NCBI GenBank assembly: GCA_051294375.1
Contig: CM119265.1
Span: 25,562,953 to 25,616,816 of the forward strand
Origin: Paraspadella gotoi
Lineage: Eukaryota; Animalia; Chaetognatha
Direction: 5' to 3'
DNA length: 53,864 nucleotides
The notes below the pieces were generated by a model. That model ran no database searches, was not told the DNA's origin, and saw only the letters and a program-made list of their open reading frames with translations. The translations under genes and the position numbers were made by a program. Shown in pieces: positions 32,144-45,600 of this stretch. Position 1 is the stretch's first letter. Each line of letters begins with the position of its first letter.

Positions 32144-34756
32144 ATCTACTCTCTCTTCCTCATGGAGAAAAAATCTTGAACCGGCAAGTAATTCATTTTG
32201 CAAAATAAACTCTTAGAGTCTCTAATAAAATTATTCAGTTACATATCCCGCCTTCAAGTGTTGGGCAACTTGGTTAAGTTTAACGAATTCGAAACGAAAA
32301 AGTATCGTTTACTCAGGAGATAAAAGTCTAAATCTTGTTTATTTAAATAAAAAAAAAGGAAACCAACTTTAACTTTTTACTTTAGTTTTCACCTTTGATC
32401 AAATTCGTCGAAATTTTTTCATCTCGAATTTCGAAAAGTCCAAGATTTTACTTCGTTTTCCTTTTTTTCCTTTATTTTTCTTTTTCTTCCTTATTTTTCT
32501 TTTTTTCTTCACGCTCTCAATCTTTTGTTATTGTTCGACCTTGAAAAAATTTCGAGCTTTGAAAATTAATTGGACGAAACTTAGTTTCGTTTGGTTGAAA
32601 AAAAAAAAATTTCTCGCAAATTTGCGCTACTTATTTTCTGACATTCTGCGTCTTGTTAAGACTTGGCAACTAAATTTTTTTACAAATAACCTTAGACTTA
32701 AATTTTCGACGCATATTCAAGTAATCTTTTTCACAATTGGTAACCTTATTTTTTTACTTTTTTTCATTTTTTAACCGATTTTTATTCAGCCTCATTAGAA
32801 ATTACTCCGTGATTATTTTTTTCAAATTATCAAATGGAATCACGATTTTCTTAATTAAAAGATGGGAATCGATTTGACTCGGAAGAAGCTGCGTGATATT
32901 TTCCTCTTTCTCAGAATTAATCTTTAAATTAACTTTCATAAAAAAAACGAAGGAAACTCATTAACTGTTTTTAAAAAAAAAAAAAAAAGAACCATGGGCA
33001 TTGGGCGACCGAATTCAAAATTCGACTTCATTTGTTTATTTTTTTCTCCGCAGAAAAAAATTCAGTTTTTGAAATGAAAATTTGGGAGAAAAATCGATCA
33101 GATTATCCGGTGACCTTTGATATTTCGCGGGGAGCATGTTGGGCAAACATCCATTGCCCCATATTTCTTTTGTTTGTTTTACCGTCTTTCTTCTCTTTCT
33201 TCTCTTTTTTCTTTTTCTTCTCTTTCTTTCTTCTCTTTCTTTCTTCACTNNNNNNNNNNNNNNNNNNNNNNNNNNNNNNNNNNNNNNNNNNNNNNNNNNN
33301 NNNNNNNNNNNNNNNNNNNNNNNNNNNNNNNNNNNNNNNNNNNNNNNNNNNNNNNNNNNNNNNNNNNNNNNNNNNNNNNNNNNNNNNNNNNNNNNNNNNN
33401 NNNNNNNNNNNNNNNNNNNNNNNNNNNNNNNNNNNNNNNNNNNNNNNNNNNNNNNNNNNNNNNNNNNNNNNNNNNNNNNNNNNNNNNNNNNNNNNNNNNN
33501 NNNNNNNNNNNNNNNNNNNNNNNNNNNNNNNNNNNNNNNNNNNNNNNNNNNNNNNNNNNNNNNNNNNNNNNNNNNNNNNNNNNNNNNNNNNNNNNNNNNN
33601 NNNNNNNNNTCGCTCTCAAACTTGAATCGAACATTCCCATTTCAAATCCAACTCCCTGCTTAGGCTATATATTCGAAAAGCGCTCTATTTCAGTTTATAT
33701 TGTAGTCGGGCATTGACTNNNNNNNNNNNNNNNNNNNNNNNNNNNNNNNNNNNNNNNNNNNNNNNNNNNNNNNNNNNNNNNNNNNNNNNNNNNNNNNNNN
33801 NNNNNNNNNNNNNNNNNNNNNNNNNNNNNNNNNNNNNNNNNNNNNNNNNNNNNNNNNNNNNNNNNNNNNNNNNNNNNNNNNNNNNNNNNNNNNNNNNNNN
33901 NNNNNNNNNNNNNNNNNNNNNNNNNNNNNNNNNNNNNNNNNNNNNNNNNNNNNNNNNNNNNNNNNNNNNNNNNNNNNNNNNNNNNNNNNNNNNNNNNNNN
34001 NNNNNNNNNNNNNNNNNNNNNNNNNNNNNNNNNNNNNNNNNNNNNNNNNNNNNNNNNNNNNNNNNNNNNNNNNNNNNNNNNNNNNNNNNNNNNNNNNNNN
34101 NNNNNNNNNNNNNNNNNNNNNNNNNNNNNNNNNNNNNNNNNNNNNNNNNNNNNNNNNNNNNNNNNNNNNNNNNNNNNNNNNNNNNNNNNNNNNNNNNNNN
34201 NNNNNNNNNNNNNNNNNNNNNNNNNNNNNNNNNNNNNNNNNNNNNNNNNNNNNNNNNNNNNNNNNNNNNNNNNNNNNNNNNNNNNNNNNNNNNNNNNNNN
34301 NNNNNNNNNNNNNNNNNNNNNNNNNNNNNNNNNNNNNNNNNNNNNNNNNNNTTACTCATTTTAACCATCCAACCTAATCCACCCAGCCTTATCCACCCTA
34401 TTCCACCATCCACCCTAATTCAACCTATTTCACCGTAATCCACCCTAATCTACCCATCCCACCCTCACCATCCACCCGTCCACCCCTTTTCCCTTTTCCC
34501 CTCTCATGATTCCTCCTCTGTTATCTCCTTCTCTCTTTTTTTCTTTTCTCCTTCTTTCTTTTTCTCTCTCTCCTTCTCGTTCTCCTTCTTCCTCTTCTAT
34601 TATCTCCTTCTCTTTTGTGAATTATTGATAAATTCGCGACTTCGATGGGATGAGTCATCGAGCGGGANNNNNNNNNNNNNNNNNNNNNNNNNNNNNNNNN
34701 NNNNNNNNNNNNNNNNNNNNNNNNNNNNNNNNNNNNNNNNNNNNNNNNNNNNNNNT

Positions 34757-34788
<32 letters not shown>

Positions 34789-35126
34789 TCACAATCTCCG
34801 CTTCATCGCCATTGTGAAATGTTCACTTCTCCTTTTCACTTTCACTCGATTTACCTCGAGACGTCACATATTTTTCGAATTTTCTCTCACTCGAAAATAA
34901 AGACCTTTTCTCACTTCGCATCCTTAAAAGAGAGAGAGTCAGATGAGACGTCTGATATCTATCCTGATATCTATCGCTTGCATTATCGCTAAGACTGAAA
35001 AAAACCCCTAACCATTTTTTAATCTTTCTTTTTCAATCTTGTTTGACTATTTTTTCAATTTTTTTCTTTCTCGGAGAATTTGTTTGCTGATCTCAAACAA
35101 GAGAGCAGAAAATGAAAAGTTTATTA

Positions 35127-35170
<44 letters not shown>

Positions 35171-37880
35171 AGAGAGAGAGAGAGAGAGTGAGATGTGAGA
35201 GAGAGAGGGATATGCCCGCATCAGAACGGAAACCCAACAACTGCAAACAAGACTTTGCAACGCACCGCTCCTGCGGGCCCCCCCGGTAAATACGGTTTAT
35301 ATATAAAAAAACTCACACCGCTTCCAAGAACCCCACAGCTCCTATTAAATCAGTATACTTTGTTACGCCGGCGATTCATTTTTGTCATTTGAACCAGACC
35401 AGCGACCACCTTGCGGGTCCCAGTCCAGTAGCGCATCAAACCCTAAAAATCATGCACCTTAGATTCCTTTCCGTCTTTCCCCTCTTTTTTCTTTTTAATA
35501 TTTTTCTCCATTTGCTTTTTAATTATTTTTCTTTCCTCCTTTTTTTTTTCTCCNNNNNNNNNNNNNNNNNNNNNNNNNTTTTCTTTTTATATCCTCTCTT
35601 TCTTCTTCATCTTTCTTTACTCCTTTTCTTCTTTTCTTTTCTTTTTATATCCTCTCTTTCTTCTTCATCTTTCTTTCCTCCTTTTCTTCTTTTCTTTCCT
35701 TTTTATCTTTCTTTCCTCCATTTTTTGCTTCTTTTTTTTCTCTTACTCCTTATTCATTCTACTATTCTTCTAATATTTTTCCTTTTTTCTCTTCCTCCTG
35801 TCATCTTGCTTTCCTCCCATCTTCCATCCCCCACTTTTCTTTTCCTTCCTTCCCTCCCTCTCTTCCTCTCTCCCTCCCTCCCTGCCCCATGCAAATCCAG
35901 GCCGATGTCTCTCGCCCGCGGGTCCCGTCGACCCCAGAGGCGTGACGCGGCCGGGGGACATCGAATGGCACGCGGGATGGCGTGGAACGGAATGCCATTC
36001 GATCGCATTCGAATGGCACGAAATGGCGTGGGTTGCCTCTCGCCCCGCGAGGCCATGAAACCGAATGCCGTAAGGAAAATCGTAAATGCTCCACCTGTTT
36101 ATGGTTCGTCAGAGACGTCGTTAGCGGACTCTAGGGAAAAACCGGAAATGGGAAAGAAAAATGGAAAGAAAAATGAAAAAGAGAAGAGGAAAAATGGAGA
36201 AAAAAGAAATACCGAACAAAGTGGTAGAAACTGAAAATGGTGAAAAATGGAAAAAAAATGGAAATGACACGAAAATGAATTTCAGGTCAAAAGACAACTG
36301 GAAATTTAAATATAAAGTTGGGTGTAAAAATATCGAGGAAATAATAGAAAAAAGGAGAAGGGGGAAATTAAAGAATAACTTACAAAAACATTGACAAGAA
36401 AATAAAAACGGGAACCGAATTTTGTTCCCAATTCCCCCTTAAATTCACCACTTCCCCCTCTCCGATCACGTGACCCGAAAAAAAGGAAGCCAACGATCTC
36501 TTCAGATTCGCCAAAACACGAAGACAGATAGAGCACGAGTTTGCATCTCAGAATTGTTTGCATTTCCACTCGTTTGTATCTCCGTTTCTGTTTGCAAGTC
36601 TCGGCGCTTGGCGGAGACACTCGTCGAGACATGATAGAAACAGCTGCTCTTTTGTTTGGGTTTTAGTCTCGATGAGTCGCGGGTTCGAATCCCGATCTGA
36701 CTGGTTTTATTTATTTCCTAAAATTGCAGCGCGGAAGAACAACTTATCATTTAAGCATATTAATTTTTGTGTACATTTTCTTTTGTTTTATCACAAGCGC
36801 ATTTCTTTTATATTTACTATTATTTAAATTCAACTCGAATAAATTGTTTTCAAAGTCCAAACTTAGGGTATTCCTTATTTTAAAACTTTTTTAACAAAAA
36901 ATTTTGGAACCCTTCAATAAAAACAAAAAATTGCTGAAAGAAAAATAATCCCCAAGTGTATCTTTAACGAATTTTAATAATTCTCAAAAAAATTCTTAAA
37001 TTCGATTTAAAAATATTTTTCTTTTCCAATTATTGTTTCTTCAATTTGAAAAAAAAACCCCCACCCCTTAATACTACCCCCTTAATATAATATTAGTCAC
37101 CCCTTCTTAAACCAGGGGGCGGATCGTGCCACCGCAAGGAAAATTGGTGTACACTACAGTAGTTGCCTCCCCCCAAGAGAATTTCCGCGTTGGTTCTTTT
37201 TAATTAACGCAACTCGACCAACCCTCAAAAAAATTTCCCCCGCCCCCAAACACGCCGTCAGTGCACCTTTTTTTTGGGCGCCGTGAATCCCCCTTCGACG
37301 GAAAGATTGTGTGAAAACATATGAGGCTTGTGAAGTTTGATACGATTTCTAGTTTTGGTACGAATTCATTGCTATTAATTAACTAATGTTTTAAATGAAC
37401 TCAAATATTTTTAACGTTTTAAGTGATTTTTTGTCCGGCGTGTAATTATGTATTTGTAACTTAATCTAATTGGCCCAACTGCCGAAATTCCTTCTTCCTT
37501 AACCGATTACTATTTTAACCAATCGCAACCTAATCCACCCAGCCTTATCCCCTATTCCACCATCCATCCTAATTCAACCTATTTCAACCGTAATCCACCC
37601 TAATCTACCCGCATCCCACCCTCACCCATCCACTCCGTCCACGTCCTTTCCCTTTTGCCCCTCTCATGATTCCTCCTCTGGTTATCTCCTTCTCCTCTCT
37701 CCTTCTTTCTTTCTCTCTCTCACTTCCCAGGATAAAATGATGTGTATTTGATGTAATCTCTAACATGAAAAATATTTAACGAATGCCGATTAAAAAAATT
37801 CCTAGTTCTGAAGNNNNNNNNNNNNNNNNNNNNNNNNNAATTAATCTCATCCGCCTTTTCAATTCAAAAATCCTTCGCCC

Positions 37881-37918
<38 letters not shown>

Positions 37919-38044
37919 TCTCTCTCTCTCTCTCTCTCTCACTTCCCACGGATAAAATGATGTATTTGATGTAATCTCCAATAAATGAAAAAATATTTAA
38001 CGAATGCCGATATAAAATCATGGTCTGAAGTTTTTATTTCAGGC

Positions 38045-41000
38045 GTTTTTTTTTTTTTTCAAATTGAAGTGAGAAACACAATAATTGGAAAGAAAATATT
38101 TTAAGGACCAAGGTGCAACAGGGTTCTGGCGGTGGTTATAAAAAAAGCTCGGAAAACATAACGTTTGACTCCTTTAACGTACAGCTTTGGTTACTCTGAC
38201 CATATAATTTTTCTTCTATAATCACTTTGGGAAAAGTAGTTAAAAAAATTCGGATAAAATCAGTTGAGCACTTAATTCTTTAAAAATCGGTAAGAATGAA
38301 AATCTTTTTCTAAGTTTTAAAATTTTTTTTTCCAAAAAAGGGTGTAAGATCTTAATTTTAAAAATATTTTCAGCTTTGTATCATAAATAAATTTATAAGA
38401 AAAAAAAATCGAGGAATGAACAAAAATCAAGCGGGCCCGTATCACTGATTTATTTTAAAGCTCTTTTAAATGATTCTCGTTAATTGGATGAAAAATAAAA
38501 CTCTTTGAAGTAATATTATATAGGATATAAAGAAGAAGAAAGATTCCTGCTACTTTTGCTAATTTTTAATTGTCTATAATTAGGAAATCAATATAGTTAA
38601 TTATATATAAGGATATGAATTATGAATATTAATTAATAAATTACAGTTTTGTTTCTGTTGGTTGTGGGTAAGAAAAGAATTAGAATTTAGGTTCTGATTT
38701 GTCGCTTCTTAAGTAAATGACTTAAAAATAAAAAGAATATTAGTTCGTGTAAAGCCTTTTGTTCATATCGAGGCCTTAAATCTTCTAAAATTATAGCTTT
38801 GTACAGTAAAAAAAAAAATTGGAATTTAGTAAAAAAATACTTTATAATGCCCCAAAAATAAAAATAATGGATTATATAATATATTTAGCTGTGAGTAGGT
38901 GTCAACTAAATTTTTATTCATAATTATTTAAATTTTTGTTTCGCTAGAATAAGAGATAGGAAATTTTTTTGCCACTTTCCCGTTGCAAAAAAGAAAAATT
39001 AATGACTATCACCATTCAATTCCCTTTGATGATAAACCCTTAAGCTTTATATTATCATTTTACTTATCTGTCTCTCTTATATATATATTTAAGAATTTTT
39101 TTGAGGGATTTATGAGAATTATAAAATTCGTTTTTATAAAGATACACTTGGGAATTAATTTTCTTCGCAATTTTTTGTTTTTATTGAAGGGTTCCAAAAT
39201 TTTCTTTTGTAAAAAAGTTTTTTAAATAAGGAATACCCTATAGTTTTGGACCTTTGAAACAATTTATTAGTTCGATATTTGAATTTAAATAATAGTAATA
39301 TAAAAAGAAAACTGCGCTTGTGATAATATTATCAAATAAATGAAATATATGTAATTACACAAAACATAAATATGTTGCGCTTAAATGAATAAGATTGTTT
39401 CTTTATACTCCCGCTGCAGATTTTTAGGAAATAAATAAAACAACAGTCAGATAGGGATCCGAAAACCCGCGACTCCATACAGAGAACTAAAAACCCAAAA
39501 CCCAAAATAGACATGCTGTTCTATCATGTGTTCTCGACGAGTGTCTCCGCCCAAAGCACGCCGAGACTTGCAACAGGCAACGGAATACAAACGAGTGGAA
39601 ATTGCAAAACAATTTCCTGAGATGCAAAACTCGTGCTCTATCTTCTTCTGTGTCTTGTTATATTCTATAATCTTCTTCTGGGGTATCTGCGGTCAACGTT
39701 AGGTTCCTTTTGTGTCGGGTCCTTGACGGGGGAAGTGTGGGTGAATTTAAGGGGAATCGAGCGAACAAAATCGTCGTTCCCCGTTTTTTTTTTTTTTTTT
39801 CTTGCAATGTTTTTTTAAGGTTTATTCTTTTAATTCCCCCTTCTCCTTTTCTCTATTATTTCCTCAAATAATTTTTACACCCAACTTTTATATTTAAATT
39901 TGCCAGTTGTCTTTTGACCTGAAATTCTTTCGTTCATTTCCATTATTTTCCATTTTTTTCACCTCAGTTTTCTACCACTTTTGTTTTCTTCCATTTTTTC
40001 CTGTCTTTCATTTTCTTCTTTTTCTTTCCATTTCCCGGTTTTTTCCCTAGAGTCCAGCTTAACGACGTCCTCTACGAAACCCAATAAACAGGTGGAGCAT
40101 TTTACGATTTCCTACGGCATTCGTCTTCATGGTCCTCGCGGGTGGCAGCGAGAGGCAACCCACCCAGTTTCGTTGCCATTCGAATGCGATCGAATGGCCA
40201 TTCTACGTTTCCACGCCCATTCCCGCTGCCATTCGTGTGTTCCCCCGGCCGCTGTTCCACGCCTCTGGCGCCGGTCCCGACGGAGACCCGCAGGCGCGAT
40301 TTATTTTGTATCTATCTTTTTATTCTTCTGATTTGCATGGGAGTTTTTTTTTTATTAGAAGAGGAGAGGAGGACGGGTTTTTATATTTGTTATTTTGATT
40401 TTGTTTTTGGAAGGAAGGAATCAAAGGAAAAGTGGTTTTTTTTATGGTATTTAGATTGTTTTTACTTTTTTTTGTTTGAAAGAAAGGAATGACAGGAGGA
40501 AGAGAGAAGAAAAAAAACGCGAATTATTTATATGTGTATTATATTTTATATTAAGATTTTTTTTTTTTTATTATATATTTAATATTTATTTTTTTGATTT
40601 TTTAGGTAAGAGGAATTTAATATTTATATTATATTTTAAGATTTTTTCAGCAACAAATGGAAGACGAAGAAAGGATAAAAGGGATTTTTTATATTATAAT
40701 AGTATTAAATTTAAGTTTTTATTTATAAAAAGGACGGGAAAGAAAGATGAAGAAGAAAGAGAGGATATAAAAAGAAAAGCAAAAAAGAAGGAGAGAGAAA
40801 AGTGGATAAAAAGAAAAGTTATGAAGCAAAGAAAGAGAGGATTATTTATTTAAAAAGAAAACATAAAGAAAAGTTTGAGAAAAAGGAGGAAAGAAAGATA
40901 ATTAAAAGAGAAGAGAAATAAAAAAAAGAAAAAGACGGAAGAGCTATTTTTTTTTTTTGTTCATGATTTTTATTTTTCTTTGTTTCTTATCTTTTTGACT

Positions 41001-42175
41001 GTGCGACGCCACGTGTTTGGGTTCTATATTATTTTTTTATTTGATTCCTATTATTTATTTTGATCGGTTTTTTTTTTTGTTTTTCTGTTGGTGTTGCCGC
41101 GTAACAAAGTGAGTATCTGATTATAGGAGGAGCTGTGGTTTCTTGACGGTTGTGGTTTAAACACCACGCGTTACGGGGGCGTGTTGTGAGGGTGCAAAAA
41201 GCTCTGTTCGTGAGTCGTGGGTTGGGTCCGCGTCGATCCGAGAGGCATCTCTCTCTCTCTACCTCTCACTCTCACTCTCTCTCTCCTCTCCGTCTCTCCT
41301 CGCCCTTTCTGCTACTCCTCGTCTCGTTTCTCCTCTTTCTCTCTCTCTACCTCTCTCGTGTAATATAAAACTTTTCATTTTCTGCTCTCTCTTGTTTGAG
41401 ATCAGCAAACAAATTCTCGAGATAAAGAAAAAATACATTGAAAACAAAAAATAGTCAAAACAAGACTGAAAAAGACAAGATTAAAAAATGCGGTAGGGGT
41501 TTTTCAGTCTTTCAGTTCTTTTTAGCATAATGCAACGACTAGATATGGCAGCGAAGAGTAAAATCAGCACGTCTCTCATCGCATGATCTCTGCTCTCTTT
41601 TAAATGGATGCGAAGTTGTAAGAACGAAGCGTCTTTATATTATATCGAGTGACGAGGGAGAAAGGGACGGAAAAAAGTTCGGAAATAATATTTTCTTGAC
41701 AACGTCTCGCAGGGAAATCGACGCTGAAAGTGGAAAAGGAGTAAGCTGAAAAGTAACATTTTTTTCCACTAATATGGGCTGATTTGGTGTATGCGGAGAT
41801 TGTGAAAGAAAGTATATATAAGAAAGAACAAGAAAGAAAGAAAAAAAAAAACTATATTATATATATATATATATTAGAAAGAACAGAAAAGAAAGAAAGA
41901 ATTTTAGGAAAGAACAGAAAAGAAAGAAAAGATAAGAAAGAAAAAGATAAGACAGATGGATAAGAAAGGATTCAAGATAAGACAACGAAAGAAAAGAAAG
42001 AAAGGAAAGAGAGAAAGGAATCCGCTCATGACTCATCTCTATCTATATCTATATTTTATCAATAATTCACAGAAGAGAAGGACGCATATATATATAGAGC
42101 CGAGAGATATGGAGAACGAGTTAAAGGAGAGAGAGAAAAAGACAAGAGAGAAAAAGAAAAAAGTATAGAGAAGGA
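38045..42175 (-). repeat. Noisy inverted copy of ~34535-37057, containing a ~0.94 kb extra segment
   Basis: e.g. ttattgaagggttccaaaat (39181) vs attttggaacccttcaataa (36901); gccattcgaatgcgatcgaatggc (~40175) vs 35994-36017. Confidence 0.92.
38101..39043. mobile_element. Candidate non-autonomous DNA transposon in a TTAA site (TTAA|GG...CC|TTAA, Kolobok-like ends)
   Basis: Absent from the two other copies of the locus (~37005 and ~48930), which have a single TTAA at the equivalent junction. Weak inverted similarity between tgcaac(a)ggg..gtgg..aaaaaaa and ttttttt.gccac..cccgttgca. Confidence 0.4.
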
Positions 42176-42639
42176 TTATATATCTATATATATATTCATG
42201 AGAGCGGGATATATATATATATCTGTGTATCGATGAATTATTTCGTGAGAATGCGATGTACCACTGTACGCGCCAGAATTTCCTTCGTTTTATCAGATGT
42301 GAATAAAAAGTGATTAGTGAATGAGTTTGTGATTGAGCTGAGGTGAAAATAAGTACCATTTAGGATGAGGATAAAGATAAGAAAATCGTCATTATTTGTT
42401 TTTTGTAATAATATTTTTTTTCTCTGGTCATTGTTGTAGGTTTTAATAAAAAATATTTCAGCGAGGTAACGATGGTTTCATTTTTCTGTTTAATAATTTT
42501 CCTACAACTAAATTATCATACATAAATTTAGAAATTAAAACAAAAGAACGAGAAAATTTTTTAACAAATAGAAAACAAAAGGAAATTTAGTATCAAAGTT
42601 CACCTTTATTATCATAAACATCTCAAACTATTTTTTTTA

Positions 42640-45600
42640 ATTAATCTTAAATTAACTTTCATAAAAAAAACACGAAGGAACTCATTAACTGTTATTTAAA
42701 AAAAATAGACCATGGGCATTGGGCAACGAATTTTCATAAATTCGACTCATTTTATTTTTTTCTTCCGCAAAAAAAATTCAGTTGAAATGAAATTAGCGAG
42801 GAAGAAAAAATCGTCAAGAATTATCGGTGGTACCTTTGATATTTCCGCGGGGAGCATGTTGGGCAAAAACATCCATTGCCCCATATTCTTTTGTTATTGT
42901 TTACACGTCTTTCTTCTCTTTCTTCCTACTTTTATTCTTTTGCTTCTCTTTACTTTCTTCTCTTCTTTTCTTCACTTCACACCATTCTATATCACGAGAG
43001 ATCTCTCGATCGTTTTTCGTCTCACCTCCCGCTCTCACGACTGTCGCCACCGCCCCATACCCTATCCTTACCCCTTACCACTTCCCTGTACCCCCTCTTC
43101 CAGAATCACATCCCATTGCCCCGGCTCCAACTCAATCCCATTCCTCTTGCCTCATGCCCTCGCGTTGCGAAGCCCGTGCCTCTTCACGCCCGCATTCCGC
43201 GAGTTATAGCTCATCATAACTTTCTTTGCGGTCGAATTCTTCTCAGTCGCCCAAACTTGAATCGAACATTTCCCCATTTCAAATCCAACTCGCCTGCTTA
43301 GGCCTTATTATATTCGAAAGCGCTCTGTTTCAGTTTATATTGTAGTCGGGCTTTGATTAAGTTCACCCCGCCTGATGAAAATATCTAGATTATATATTAA
43401 GGTTTTAAAAGTTATTTTAAATGTAAAAGTAGGATTAATAACCGAATCCGGAAAGCTTTCTGAAAAATAGTGCCCGAGATCATACCTCCTTCTCCTCATT
43501 GTTTCTCGCTTCCTTTCCCCTTTGGAAAGATTTACTATTTAATTTAATCGAGCCAGACCAAGATTTTTCCTTCCCGAGCTCATGCGATTTAAGGTCTATT
43601 TCTCGTTAGCTCCTACCAAAGCCTTTCGCTCAAGCTGCCCCCTTCCCTCTTTCCGCCCTCCACCAAATCTATTCGCTCCAGCTGCCCCTCTTATTTAGCT
43701 CCTCTTGCTCCATCGTTAGATCACGATTTCACGACGGTCCCCTCGCCCCCCTTAGTTTCTACCAAGGGCCAAATCGCCAACCGCAGGATTGGTGTACACT
43801 ACAGTATTGCCTCCCAAGGAGAATTTTCCGCGTTGGTCTTTTAATTACCACCTCGACCAACGCCCTCCAAATTTCCCCCGCCACCCCCAAACACCGTCAG
43901 TCACTTTTTTTTGGGAGCGCGCCGTGAAATCCTTCGACGGTGAAAGATTGACTGTTGAGAAAACAAGAGCGGACGTTTTGAATAAGTTTACGGGAATCGC
44001 AGCTTCCTCCCAAGAAGACTAACCGAGTAATGCGAGGCTTTCCAGAGTGTGATGTACGAATTCGCAGCCATTCTCGGCCTATTCAACTTAATCCTCATAC
44101 GTGCGTTTTAAATAGACTAAAATAGTGTGCATTTAACGTTTGTTAAAGTGAAGTCTGGATATAACATATCCTGTGCTGGACCAGCATCAGCCGCATGTTG
44201 CTTAGGACCTGTGGAATTGTATTCTGCCTCAGATCCATAGATCTTATCTAATGTGGTCCAGAAACCACTGCCCACCCGTAGGCTCTGCTCTTTCCCTGTG
44301 TGTAGAACTCTGTATGCGAATGTCTTATCCTTCATTGTTGAACGTCTAGTGTGCGCTGGAACCGCCCTAATCCACCCCAAGCCTATAAGAGCCTACCACC
44401 CATTATTTTTTATTCCACCTTGGTGGCGCACACCTAATTTCAAACCTATCACCGTTAATCCACCTAATCTACCCATCCCACCCTCACCATCCACCGTGTC
44501 CGACCCCTTCGTACATGTGCCTTTTCTCCCTCTCATGGATTCCTCCTCTTTCTGTTGATTCGGTGCTTCGCTCTCAATTTTTCATTTAGTCTTTTCTTCA
44601 ACGGTTATTTGCAGCTCGTGGAGTCTCATTTTTGCGATTTCGTCGTTCCATGTGTAGTGTTCCCTCTGCCTAAATCGAGACGGTCTCCTTTCTCGTTCTC
44701 CTTTCTGGTCTCTTCTCCTTTTTGCTATTTACTCTCACACTTTCTTCTTATAATTCGATTCGCAGACTGTGAGTTGGAATATTAAACATTTCTAGCGATT
44801 CTCGTATGACCTGCGTGGATGGGAAACCACGGATTCATCCGGTTCCTCTCTCCATTCGTCGTTACGGCTGGGATCCTATAATGCATTCTTTTACCTTTCT
44901 TGTGTATTGTATTTAAAATCGTTCATCTATGGTTTTTTACTTTACATATCTCCTTTGTGCCTTTCTTTTCTTTCTTTCTTTGCTTTTCTTTCTGTTCTTT
45001 CTCTTTCTTTCCGTTCTGCTATTCACCTATTCTTATTCTGATTCATCTTTTTTATATACACTAAATATCTCACTATTTTTTACCTTCACCAATTTGGTTA
45101 TTCTTATCACCACGTGCCTTTTTCACTTCTGCAGCTACTCTATAGGTGGTTGAAATTGTTCTACTTCTTTCCTTGGTTCGGGCTTATCGCTGTTTTGTAA
45201 CGTGTTCTCAGTTAGTTGTTGCCAGTCGTCATCCGTCCCTCGGTCGGAATGAAAAGATCTTCTGTTGCACGGAGGGCTTTCTTCCGCGATGTCTCTCTCA
45301 CAAGGGCATAGATTTTTTGCGATAGGACCATAGATTCGCCTCAGTTTGCCCTGCCTGACACATCGCCCAAACAATACAAGACTTTCTCAACTTTCGCATA
45401 CGACCTGTGAATATAACCGGAGCACGAGATGCGAATGGTTAGTGGTTCCTCTCTATATGAGACGTCTGATATATGGTATTGCGGGATCCCGACTCCGGAC
45501 GCTCTAGAAGTAATGTTTTCAGTGTCAGAACGATAAATCGGACGATAATGGCTGCAAGAAATGTACTTATTGATTGGACTCGTACGATGCATCTCTCGGC

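Noticed and set aside
33032-34900. ORFs spanning N runs
   Set aside because: Open only because N codons cannot be stops.
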